Source: Octopus sinensis
Lineage: Eukaryota
Reading direction: 5' to 3'
Assembly (NCBI RefSeq): GCF_006345805.1
Contig: NC_043000.1
Coordinates: 55,862,001-55,926,000 of the forward strand
DNA: 64,000 nt
Shown here one piece after another: positions 38,406-50,661 of the stretch. Both the position numbers and the translations under genes were made by a program. The notes below the pieces were generated by a model. The model saw nothing but the letters and a program-made list of their open reading frames with translations. It did no database searches and was not told the origin of the DNA. The stretch's first letter is position 1. Every line of letters starts with the position of its first letter.

Positions 38406-38971
38406 ATATAACCATGCATGTTTTTAGTTAAACAATATTAACATTTTTATTTATTAAGCTGAAAAAGACAACCTAAATTTCATTAAAATAGCAAATTTGA
38501 AAAACACCTAATATAACATCTATTTTTCTAAAAAATGAAACTCGGGATAGAGTTAATAGTTTTTAAATTCTCTCAGACACTATTTGTATTTAAAAACTGA
38601 ATATATTTTTTATTAAGTTAACATTTTGAACGAACAAAGAATTTTAAATTTTAAATTTTACAGTCATGCTGTCAGCAAAGCGACAGATGATGAGCTACTC
38701 TGTTCTAGCATGTGAAATATTTAACGATTTCAGAGTTATGGCAATCGTCTAGGAGAAACAAATGAAACAGATTTTTTTTAAATGTTTATCACATACAAAA
38801 CATATATAGTAAAAAGGCATATCAATTCTGAGATTATGTATGGTTTCCACAAGTCCTCTTATTGCCCAGGATTCTACGGGAAGAATAGGTAGCTTATTCA
38901 AACTTATATAACAGGAGGTAGTTAGCAGATTTGTTCGAATCTGCAGTGAAGGAGATGAGAGTTGTGCAAAT

Positions 38972-39070
<99 letters not shown>

Positions 39071-39294
39071 CAATGGAATAATTACTGTGAAGCATTGAGC
39101 AGAATATATTGCATAAAAGATCATGGGTAAGGCCAAAACAATGCGTAATAAATGCAAGGTAAATCAAAAGAAAACAAATAAGTGAATTAATATATACTTA
39201 ATTTATATACAATATTTCGGGGTTATGACCCCATTTTCAAGAAATTGACGACTTGACGAATGCTAGCGATGTGCGTGTGAGTGAGACTGTGTGG

Positions 39295-39563
39295 GAGTTC
39301 CAGTTGATCCGATCACCAGAACAGTCTGCATGTGAAATTAACGTTCATGCGGCTGAGGACTCCAGACACGTATACCTTTAACGTAGTTCTCGGGGAGATT
39401 CAGCGTGGCACAGCGTGTTTGAAATACAAGTACTACTCACTTTTGCCAGGAGCAATCTGAAATAAAATGCCTTTCTCAAGGAAACAACTCGTTGCCAGGA
39501 ATTGAACTCACGACCTTGCGATCGTGAGCCGCATACACTAACCACTAACTAAGCCACGCACCT
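39295..39563 (-). mobile_element. tRNA-derived SINE, family B
   Basis: Reverse complement of the 44909 copy (gaactcacgaccttgcgatcgtgagcc; ccttaacgtagttctcggggagattcagcgtg). Confidence 0.85.
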
Positions 39564-39565
39564 TC

Positions 39566-39650
<85 letters not shown>

Positions 39651-39657
39651 TATATAT

Positions 39658-39744
<87 letters not shown>

Positions 39745-39840
39745 ACGGGAAGCTTTATGAAAATAGACAAAAGACGAAGGCAGGTGGAAAACAAACGAAC
39801 AATTGTATTAGTATGGCGCTCAGGAAATATAAATAAAACA
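39745..39840 (-). mobile_element. Short (TA)n-associated repeat, truncated copy lacking the hammerhead
   Basis: Reverse complement of 41055-41150. Confidence 0.8.
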
Positions 39841-40469
39841 TATATATATATATATGAATTTGACAAGGGCGATTCTTTCTTGTCTTTGGATTCACGGTAA
39901 AACGGCTGGGTGGACTTGCGCGAAAAATTACACAGTTGTGTAGAATGATCTAGTGGTGTTGCTGGGCTTTGTATCTTTTCATAGATGCCATGGTTACCGA
40001 GATAGTCTACTATAATAATACTCTTGTGTTTATGAATGAGAAAGTAAGGGGTGATAGATGAATAATGAAGGAAGAGGTGATGTCATACTTGATAGTGGGA
40101 TGATGAAAATTGTACGTTGAAAAATAAATCAAACACCGTTTTTATCTCTGTGTGAATATATGTGTGTATGTAAACGGGGGTATGTGAATGTGTCTGTGAG
40201 TGTGTTTGTGTGTGTGCATGCGTGCGCGCAATGAAAGTGGGATGGTTTATCTTTGTTCGCTTAGTATTTGAGTTTATTTTTTCGATTTGGTTGGATCTTG
40301 GTTGTTCTTTTCTTTTTGTTGGTCAGTTATGTTTAGTGTTTTGACAGAAAAGTCATTCTAAAATTGTTTTTTAACGTAAGCGTGCCCAAACAAGCCGAAT
40401 GCTTAGACAGAGCAGGTTTTACAACCATATCATCCAAACCGACCGGGTGAAGCTGGGCTTAACTGCTAG

Positions 40470-40529
<60 letters not shown>

Positions 40530-40924
40530 ACATAAAGTTGTCAGATCTTGTTTACACGTGGTTGTAGATATTTAAGAAAACATATAAGTAAAAACGCACA
40601 GGAGGTTTCTATAATAAAATTTATGCTAATATTAATGTCATAATGAAATAAAGAGTTTTATTACAACATTATATAATGGTTTAATACCCCTCTTTGTTTC
40701 ATTATGATATTAATATTAGCATAAATACAAACCTCCTGTGCGTTTTACATATATATATATATATTATATATATATATATAATTAATTAATAAGGGTGATA
40801 GAATTAGATACTAATTTAATAGTAACGCTATTCAACACCGAGTGGCCCAGTGCACAGAGAAACCTGGATTATTATAATATTTTATAATATATTATAATAT
40901 TTTATACATAAACTCTCTTATATG

Positions 40925-40944
<20 letters not shown>

Positions 40945-40967
<23 letters not shown>

Positions 40968-41150
40968 CATTTTTTTCTCTCCTTCTTTCTGTGTTTTTCT
41001 CTCTCTGTGTATCTTTCTGTTGAAGAGCGTAGGCTCGAAACGTTAAAGACTTGTTTTATTTATATTTCCTGAGCGCCATACTAATACAATTGTTCGTTTG
41101 TCTTCCACCTGCCTTCGTCTTTTGTTTATTTTCATAAAGCTTCCCGTTAT
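40945..41150 (+). mobile_element. Short (TA)n-flanked repeat carrying a minimal hammerhead-like motif (putative PLE derivative)
   Basis: Homologous to 59230-59415 and 39745-39840; motif at 41012-41049. Confidence 0.7.
41012..41049 (+). ncRNA. Minimal hammerhead-like motif with core variant CUGUUGA
   Basis: Stem I UCUUU/AAAGA; CUGUUGA-A; stem II GAGC-GUAG-GCUC; GAAA-CG-UU; AACGUU palindrome at stem III. Confidence 0.5.
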
Positions 41151-41153
41151 ATA

Positions 41154-41199
<46 letters not shown>

Positions 41200-41992
41200 G
41201 TATATATGTGTGTATATATGTGTGTGTGTGAGTGTGTTGAGTGTGTGCGTGTGTGTGTATGTGTGCGTATGTGTGTGTGTGTGAGAGAGAGAGAGAGGAC
41301 CGTGTTGATTACAAGGCTAGTTACGCTGATAAGGTTGACCATCAAATCAGTATGATGTGCTCACCGTTTTGAGTTAACTTCATAAAACTGTTACGAATTT
41401 TAATGAACTAACTAAATTTAGATAAGACAAAAAAGCTTCCGATATTTAGGAACGATTGTAATTGAACGTTTTGTTTTTCTTTCCGTTCTTTTCTTTTTTC
41501 AGTAACTAATTGGTGACGTAAGAGATGAAATAGCTGTATATGACAACTTAAAAATTAACTTTCAGAGAAAATAACTAAAACAAAGATACTTTATCTAGAA
41601 ATAGACGATAAATTTTTTAAAAAGTCTTATTTGGGAGAACAATTATATTTGTTTATTAAATCTCACCTACTAGACTGTTGGCTGTTTCACAAACAACTAT
41701 CCGAACCAAGATGGAAATCTTTACGTAGATGCATGCTTTTGCTAGATATAGCTGTAATATGTCGCCCAAATAACATTTTGGTTTCTTCAAAAGAGGAGGT
41801 ACTCAAACATGTTTTATATAGTTTTTAAGTAAAAGAAAGTCAGCGCTTAACCCTTTAACTGTTGAATTGAATTTCATGGTTATCCTAATCACGCTGTAAA
41901 ATATCTACCAAAAATATAGAGTCGGTATTTTGTGCAAGTAACTTTGCCTCAATAAATTTTACATATATCTTTATATTTTACCATTAACTTGT

Positions 41993-42355
41993 TTCGTTCA
42001 TTAGACTGCTGCCATGCTAAGGCACAGCCTTGAAGAACTTTTTGTCGAATGAATCGATTTTTTTTGTTTAGCTTAGTACTTATTCTATCAGTCTTTTGAG
42101 CCGAACTGCTATGTTACCTAAGCACACCAACACAGGTTGTCAAGCGGTAGTGAGGGACAAACAGGGACACAAAGAAATACAGATATATATACGACTGGAG
42201 TCTTTCAATTTCCGTCTACCAAATCTACTCACAAGGCTTTTGTCGGCCCGAGGTTATAGTAGAAGGCACTGGACCAAAGTGCCTCGCTACGGGACTGAAT
42301 CCAGAACCATGTCGTTGAGAAGCAAGCTTCTTATCACACAGCCACTCCTGCACCT
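41993..42355 (-). mobile_element. SINE family A, near full length
   Basis: Homologous to the 43452 copy. Confidence 0.85.
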
Positions 42356-42972
42356 ATATGCCAGCAACACATAATTTCAAAGGTAACAGACCTCAACTAA
42401 AGATAATTAGTATGCAAAACAGCTTTCTGTAGTTAAGGGTAATGAAATTTTGAGAGATGTCTAATTTCCGCTGTAAAAATGCTTTATATCTGTTTTAGAT
42501 GGTTTATCTCTTTTATGGAGCCTCAAAAGATGGCGGTGGTGATATAGGAAGAAACCATGGCTAATAGCTGCAACAGCAAGAAACTGTGTATCATGATATA
42601 AGTTTCCTGATAGGGAAGACATTGGTATGTATATGTGCGACAGGGTACCTTCCGGTAAAGAACACCAAGGACCAGGTTGGATGGTGTACCAATACACAGA
42701 TTTCACGTACAATCTATCATATACTTTTAATTCAATGTATTCATAGAAGCGCTCTTCCGATTATAAAAGAAAGTCGGAAACTTCATGATCGAACGCTAGC
42801 TCCATCTGAACAGACTTGGCGCTAGGTTTCAAGTTAGGATGTGTATTGCGGTTTAAGAATCTAAATACATTATACTATGAAATATAGGAATGGAAAAACA
42901 GATTATAATGGTTTAAAAAGGACAAATATATTTGAGATTTATGTGTGTGTGTGCGTACGTGTTTGGTGTAGG

Positions 42973-43019
<47 letters not shown>

Positions 43020-43451
43020 ATGTATCTATATATGCGCGTACATATATCATATATATTTCATGTTAATATAACTCTACAGTATTTTTCATTTAATTTATCT
43101 AATAAAATTTCTAAAGCCATTACCTATCCCACAATTTGTTTCGGCTTCTATGAACATCATGTTATCAAATATAAAGTTACAGTAACATATACTAAAATAC
43201 CTGTTAACAAAGAGAGAAATTTCCCTAAAGCATCAGTGTTTAATTTTCTGTGAAATTAATTCTTAACTACTCCAAATTATCTCCCCTTCTCATTTGCCAC
43301 TAGATTCTTGTATTTACGTTTCCAATTAAAAGATAACTTTAGAATACCCCAACGTTAGGTGCTTTATTATTTCAACTTTAACACACCTCTTTCAAGCGTC
43401 TAAATGTATACACACACATGCATATTTATACTCATGCATGAATGTATGCAT

Positions 43452-43851
43452 AGGCGCAGGAGTGGTTGTGTGGTAAGTAGCTTGCTTAGCAACTACATGG
43501 TTCCGAGTTCATTCCTACTGCGTGGCACCTTGGGCAGGTGTCTTCTACTATAGCCTCAGGCCGACCAGAGCCTTGTGAGTGGATTTGGTAGACGGAAACT
43601 GAAAGAAACCCGTCGTATATACGTATATATATGTATATGTATGTATATGTTTGTGTGTCTGTGTTTGTCCTCCCAACATCGCTTTACAACCGATGGTGGT
43701 GTGTTTACGTCCCCGTAACTTAGCGGTTCTGCAAAAGAGACCGATAGAATAAGTACTAGGCTTCCAAAGAATAAGTCCTGGGGTCGATTTGCTCGACTAA
43801 AGGCTGTGCCCCAGCATTGCCGCTGTCAAATGACTGAAACAAGTAAAAGAG
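43452..43851 (+). mobile_element. SINE family A, full length (reference copy)
   Basis: tRNA-like head ggcgcaggagtggttgtgtggtaag...ggttccgagttcattcc; internal microsatellite; tail ...gtcaaatgactgaaacaagtaaaag. Confidence 0.92.
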
Positions 43852-43978
43852 AAATAAAAAGAGAAAAAACTATATGTATAATACACATATACGTATATAT
43901 AACATATCTTCAGTAATTCATAAATCGGAAAGAGAAGCACACTCTAAGTTATAGAACAGTAGAGTAATTATAGAATGG

Positions 43979-44097
43979 TAGTCATGGCCGGTTCATGGTT
44001 ATAGGCCACCGAACATTAGGGTCTGATAGGACGTGTGTAAAGCTAAGCGCTTTATGGACACGAAACCCTAGGTTGCCCTATGAACCGGCCATCACTA
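43979..44097. repeat. About 120-bp foldback element
   Basis: 13-bp perfect arms atggccggttcat (43984) / atgaaccggccat (44080), with nested inner stems. Confidence 0.8.
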
Positions 44098-44102
44098 GCA
44101 TC

Positions 44103-44170
<68 letters not shown>

Positions 44171-44324
44171 ATATATATAATATATAATATATGTTTACGT
44201 ATGTATACTAAATATATATGTATGCATGTGTGTATGTATGTGTCTGTGTATCGCGCGTCGTTTTTGAATGATGTCCCTGCTGGGTGGGGAAGCAGGCCAA
44301 CTTATATATGTGTGTGTGTGTGTA

Positions 44325-44365
<41 letters not shown>

Positions 44366-44687
44366 ATCTCTCTCTCTCTCTCTCTCTCTGTATATATATA
44401 TATATACACACTTATACATCCGTGCATATATTCATTACATTCATACATACATACCATAATGCATTCATAGATGCATCTGACAACTGCATATTAATGTAAT
44501 TTTATTTTTTTATCATTTATGTGTATGTGAAATAGAGATATGTCCTTGTTTGTGTGCCTGTGTGTATGCCCTTATTTGTTACGTACGTACCTTTGTTAAT
44601 AACTTTTTAGTTTAATAACGTTTGTGTAAACAGATATATCACACATATATGTATGTGTCTATATGTGTGTTTGTATGTGCTTGCGTG

Positions 44688-44760
<73 letters not shown>

Positions 44761-44908
44761 ATGTATGTGTGTATGTATGTGTGTGTGTATGTATGCCTGT
44801 GTATGCAAATATATATATATAGACGTATATCTGTATGTATTCTGTAGTTATACATGTCTAGCAAGTGACTTGACGTTAGACACTTTATACAATTATTAAG
44901 ATGTAGTG

Positions 44909-45228
44909 TGAGGGCGCGTGGCTTAGTGGTTAGGGCATTCGGCTCATGATCGTAAGGTTGTGAGTTCGATTCCCGGCGACGCGTTGTGTCCTTGAGCAAG
45001 ACACTTTATTTCACGTTGCTCCAGTCCACTCAGCTGGCAAAAATGAGTTGTACTTGTATTTCAAAGAGTCAGCCTTGTCACTCTCTGTGTCACGCTGATT
45101 ATCCCCGAGAACTACGTTAAGGGTACACGTGTCTGTGGAATGCTCAGCCATTTGCACGTTAATTTCACGAGCAAGCTGTTCCCTTGATCGTATCAGCTGG
45201 GACCCTCGTCGTCGTAACCGGCGGAGTC
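44909..45228 (+). mobile_element. tRNA-derived SINE, family B, full length
   Basis: A box tggcttagtgg, B box gagttcgattcc, then gtgtccttgagcaagacac. Confidence 0.9.
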
Positions 45229-45774
45229 TTTTTAAAGATGTAGTAGAAAGAACTGGTCATTAACGCACTTTCAAACCGTTCCACTTGAACAATATCTGTA
45301 TGTTGTTCACAACTATGCTATGAAATTTTTGACACCTCATGAAGTAAGACAGAAGTGAAATTCAACAGTTTTTTTTTTTTTGTAATTAAATAAGTAGATT
45401 GATTCTTCCACGATATAATTACTATATGCATGTGTCGCGTATTTCGTCATATGTATGTGTATGTGTGTGAGTATGTATAATTGATATCTTTTCGTCTAAA
45501 AATTAACTTTCATTCATTTCGTAATTGTTCTAATGCCAGTGGATTCGTTTCACAAATGCTTTAGTAAAATGCACCCTATAGCCATTCGATTTAGCCGAAA
45601 AATAATCAAATGCAGCACTAATTTACTTTAAGCCTGGTATTTTTCTGTCAGTCTCTTATTGCCCACTTCTAAACGAAAGAACATGAGTTGAGACGAACAA
45701 ACACAAACATATGCACGCACTCACGCACAAACACACACTCACATAAACACACAAATATAGATGTGTGTGTATGT

Positions 45775-45915
45775 GACGGTGTTCCATACAGGTTCCGTCT
45801 ATCAGATTCACTCCCAAGACATTGATCAACCCGAGGCTATAGTAAAAAGGCACTTTCCAAGGTGCCACACACATGGTTTGAACCTGAAACAACGTGATTA
45901 CAAAGTGATTTTTAC
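45775..45915 (-). mobile_element. SINE family A fragment, diverged
   Basis: cccgaggctatagta...ccaaggtgccac...gaacctgaaac. Confidence 0.65.
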
Positions 45916-46261
45916 CTTCCAACTTTAAATAAAAGAAAGAAAAAACATAGATGTGTTAGAACATTAGAACACCGGATATTGCGTTATTCATCTTGGGAGG
46001 ACATCTTATATAGACGCATGGTGCATAAAAGAATACGTATATATACTACTAACGGCCGATAATCGTCTACTTTGGGCTCTAAAATTGCTAAATCAAATGT
46101 TTTCGCCCTACCCGAACTCTTCAGTGACAGACGTCCGGTAGCGACATAACAGCCAAATCTCATTGTCAAGGTTATATAGAATTTCAATGTTTTTCCAGGC
46201 ACTGGTGTCGCAAATAGCCGGCAGACTTATTAAAAGATACTAAAAAATAATAAAATAATAG

Positions 46262-46414
46262 TCACTGTGTGGTAAGTAGCTTGCTTACGAACCACGCTGT
46301 TCCAGGTTCAGTCACACTGCGTGGCACCTTGAGCAAGTGTTTTCTACTATAGCCTCGGACCGAGTAAAGCCTTGTGAGTGGATTTGGTAGACGGAAACTG
46401 AAAGAAGCCCGTCG

Positions 46415-46464
<50 letters not shown>

Positions 46465-46671
46465 TTTGTGTGTCTGTGTTTGTCCCTCCAACATCGCTTG
46501 ACAACCGATGCTGATGTGTTTAAGTCCCCGTAACTTAGCGGTTAGGCAAAAGAGACCGATAAAATAAGTACTAGGCTTACAAAGAATAAGTCCTGGGGTC
46601 GATTTACTCGACTAAAGGCGGTGCTCCAGCATGGCCACAGTCAAAGGACTGAAACAAGTAAAAGAGTAAAA
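46262..46671 (+). mobile_element. SINE family A, near full length, internal (TG)n
   Basis: Homologous to the 43452 copy. Confidence 0.92.
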
Positions 46672-46927
46672 GAAAAAGTTATAATAAATGATGTCGCTAC
46701 AGGAGGGCTAACACTGTATGAGGAGTATGGGTAGGGCGAAATCACGTGTTCTGACTGTTCGTTTGCCAAGGATACAAAATATGCACCATTCTTCCAAATG
46801 AGAAGTCCTCTCAAGGTAAATAAAGCAGTATTCGGTGTTTTAATACATCAACGTTATGTTGATTACAGCGATGACCTTTGGTCCTAATACTAATTCTGTC
46901 GTTATTCCTTATATGTGTTGTGTGTGT

Positions 46928-46980
<53 letters not shown>

Positions 46981-47169
46981 CGTCGTGCATGCATGGGAAT
47001 ATATTTCTGTTTATTTACTATTACTCTGAAGGAAAATATATATTCAACTCTACTTCACGATTGGGCTTAATTATATGTAAACTGAATCACCTGTGCATAG
47101 AGAGATATTGTGTGCATATATAGATAGAAAGAGAGAGAGATAGGTAGGCAGACAGATAGACAGACATAC

Positions 47170-47247
<78 letters not shown>

Positions 47248-47306
47248 GACATTTGTATGTATATAAATAAGTATATTGTATATCTAAAATGTGTGCGCGT
47301 CTCTCA

Positions 47307-47382
<76 letters not shown>

Positions 47383-47416
47383 TGTTATATTTCGGAATGG
47401 TCATATTTAAACGTAC

Positions 47417-47536
<120 letters not shown>

Positions 47537-47571
47537 ATATATATAATATATATATTATATATATATATATT

Positions 47572-47630
<59 letters not shown>

Positions 47631-49582
47631 TATATATATTAAATATACAAATGTTGAACGATTGTGATTTTTTGTATTTAGCTTTACCTATTTTTGTTTA
47701 ATTTTCGCTAAAGTTTTACCATCAATTATTTTGCTACTTCTGCGGAAAAAGTAATTGCAATCTTATAAACAGTTAGACTTTGAAGACATTCAATACACTT
47801 CCCTTTTCTAGATAGTCGGATGCAAAAATTGGATTCTAAACTAATATTTATGGCTTTGCCAGCGTTTTGTACGCCATTAGTTATTATATACTATTTTAAG
47901 CGGTATCATTTTTTTGTATTCTTATAATATTTGTGGAAGGTTACACGAGGAGATAAATCTGTACATGACCAAAAATAGAAATTTGAGTACTTTTTAAAAG
48001 GTAGAAATGAATACTGAATAATGCTGATAAAAAGCTGGAAGGAAAAGTTATATTCGAAATCAATAATTTAAGAATAGCTTTTTTCGTTGTTATTTGAAGT
48101 CAATCTGTCAAGATAGTTTCGAGGAAGGAAGCAATGAAATAAGAAAAATGTTAGAGATATTTTCATTTCTCTTTTAGAATGACAAGTCATATAAAAGATT
48201 CATTCGCCTTTAGCCCAAATATTTAGTACCCTAAGAGTTAAATGGGTGTCAGTATTTTATTTTGGAATTATTTATAACGAAGATATTTTATTTCAAATGT
48301 CCTCTGAAGTTGATTCAAATCAAATGTGTTAAATATTGACAGTATTGTTAATGCTCGTAACCTGATAAACTGAAAGCCGTATCCAAACTGGTGTCTAAAA
48401 CTGTTTCTATTTTTACTCAACACCATGTGACGAATTATCGCTCATTCACTGTAATTTATAGAAATAAAACAAAATATAATATAATGTTATTTATGAAACG
48501 ATTATAATGTAGCAAATTAGCTATTCAGTTAGAATGTTCAAAGGTTATATTCATGCTCTAACTTAAATTTTTTAACTCATTAATATCATCTTTTTTTACT
48601 GATATGATTGATAATGTTGTGTAGCTCAGTTTAGATCTCATCGAACCATTCTAAGACACACAGAATTAACAGAAACCGAAAAGGTTACCCATTCACGCAT
48701 ATTCTCAGCTAAAACATGGTTTTGACTTGCTGAGGATTGTACTACATGTTTTGATACGGTGCTAACTTTATGGTGTGTATTGTGACAGAGTAGACTTATT
48801 GCAATCTGTCTACTGTGTATTCTAGTTTTGTAAACCTGTAAATTAAGGGTAGTGGTTATAGTCTGGACATAACGCAATCTCTTTACTGATTACTCTATTT
48901 CTGTACAGTTATAGATAACAGTGGCAACCACAGAAGAAGTGAGCAGTATGAACTTGGTCAGACCTTGACTGTGGCTGTTTCTCCGCACTTACTGCTGATG
49001 GCGTGTTTCTCAGCAAAGTCTTTGGGACTTGCGAAGTTAATAATATTGTGGTTATTTCTGTCTGTATGTGTTCCTCTTGCTAGTTCACCCAAAATAGGCG
49101 AGATAATGTTTTCATTGTTGTCGCTATTGTACATCGAAGTGCCGTATATGTCTGGAGTTTGTGGAGGTTCTTCGTGTAGTGACGGGGACTACGGTAGACT
49201 TTGAAGAATACTGCAAGAAACAGCCGTACTATTATTATGTCCAATTATTCTTTCTTTTTTAGTATAATTATTTTGGTTGGTAAGGAAACTGCTAGATCTC
49301 AGTACAATCTATTATGATGTGTAACGCATCGTTTTGTGTAATTAGAGGTTTACTGTTCTTTGTTATAGAGAACTGGAATTAATTCATGATGGATCTAATG
49401 TATCATTCGCACGCTACTGTTGCTTCTTTCTGTAAACCAGATATTGAAAGCATTAGAATCTTCCTCATCGGTAGTTTTTGTCAATGTTAAAGTGTTATCG
49501 TTGGAGTATGTTACCTAGTGGGTCATTTGGTGAAGTCGATTATGATATCTATAAGTCTATAATATTAAATCAACCTAAGAAG

Positions 49583-49800
49583 ACGAGCTGGCAGAAACAT
49601 TAGCATGCTGAGGAAAATGCTTAATGACATTTCGTCTGTCTTTACATTATGAGTTCAAATTCAACTGAGGTTGACTTAGCCTTTGATCCCTTCAGAATCC
49701 AACTGAACAATAAATAAGTACTAATTGAACAGTAGAGTCTATATATTGGATTTATCCGCCCCCACTAAGTTGCTGGCCTTGAACCAAATTTTGAAACCAG
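49583..49800 (+). mobile_element. SINE family C, diverged
   Basis: gacgagctggcagaaacattagcatg...gagttcaaattc...gaggttgacttagcctttgatcc. Confidence 0.7.
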
Positions 49801-50118
49801 CATTAAATGAATCATGTTTCTATTTTTATTATGAAAGTTTGTATTCTGATGTAATGTATTCAATAAGTTTACAAATGTTATTTGTGATATCTGTATACTG
49901 CAATTGTATACATATGTTTTTCATTTATTAGACCATCTCCCTCATGAAAGCGTCGCCTAGCCTTATTTAAGCATACTTCTGTAATAGTGGAGGTCCTGAG
50001 TTTTAATTCGCCTATGTGAGAAATATTCCCCCTGTATATAGAACACATTTTTCGACAAGTATTCTAGCTATTATCAGCCTACTTTTTTATGGTAGATTCA
50101 ATATTAGTTTCCTCTGTA

Positions 50119-50337
50119 GGGCGGCGAGCTGGCAGAATCATTAGCATGTCGGGCAGAATCGTTAGCACGCTACGTTCTGAGTTCAAACTCCGCCGAGGTC
50201 GATTTTGCCCTTCATCCTTTCGGGGTCGATTAAATAAGCACCAGTTACGTACTGGGGTCGATATAATCGACTGAAACCATTTGTGTCTTTGTTTGTCCCC
50301 TCTATGTTTAGCTCCCTGTGGGCAATAAAGAAATAAA
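50119..50337 (+). mobile_element. SINE family C variant with Tx1-like tail and duplicated head segment
   Basis: gcagaatc(a/g)ttagca is present twice; Nin-like body; tail ttgtcccctc...ggcaataaagaaat. Confidence 0.85.
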
Positions 50338-50561
50338 TATTAGTTTCCTCTGTACTTTTAACAAATACTCGAAACGGTAGAAAAATATTTCAGGAGTTGT
50401 AGATATGTATAAATGTATTAAAAAATATAAAGAAACCACTGCACTTGGTTTTCACTGCTCATCGATAAAACATCTAAATTGGAAATTTTGTCTCTTTTAG
50501 CAGTGGATATCATAAAATATTCAAATAGGATTTTTCTTTAGATTGCAAAGCTATATATATG

Positions 50562-50661
50562 TGAAAGAAGGTTTGAAAATGCAATTTTAAAAGATGTTTA
50601 TTTACTTTACCGGTAAAGTAAATAAACATCTTTTAAAATTGCATTTTCAAACCTTCTTTCA
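50562..50661. repeat. Perfect 100-bp spacerless palindrome
   Basis: 50/50 base complementarity checked by eye, centred on accggt (50609-50614). Confidence 0.95.

Noticed and set aside
44909-44985. tRNA gene
   Set aside because: A and B boxes are present, but the sequence continues into a SINE body repeated at 39295; no complete cloverleaf.
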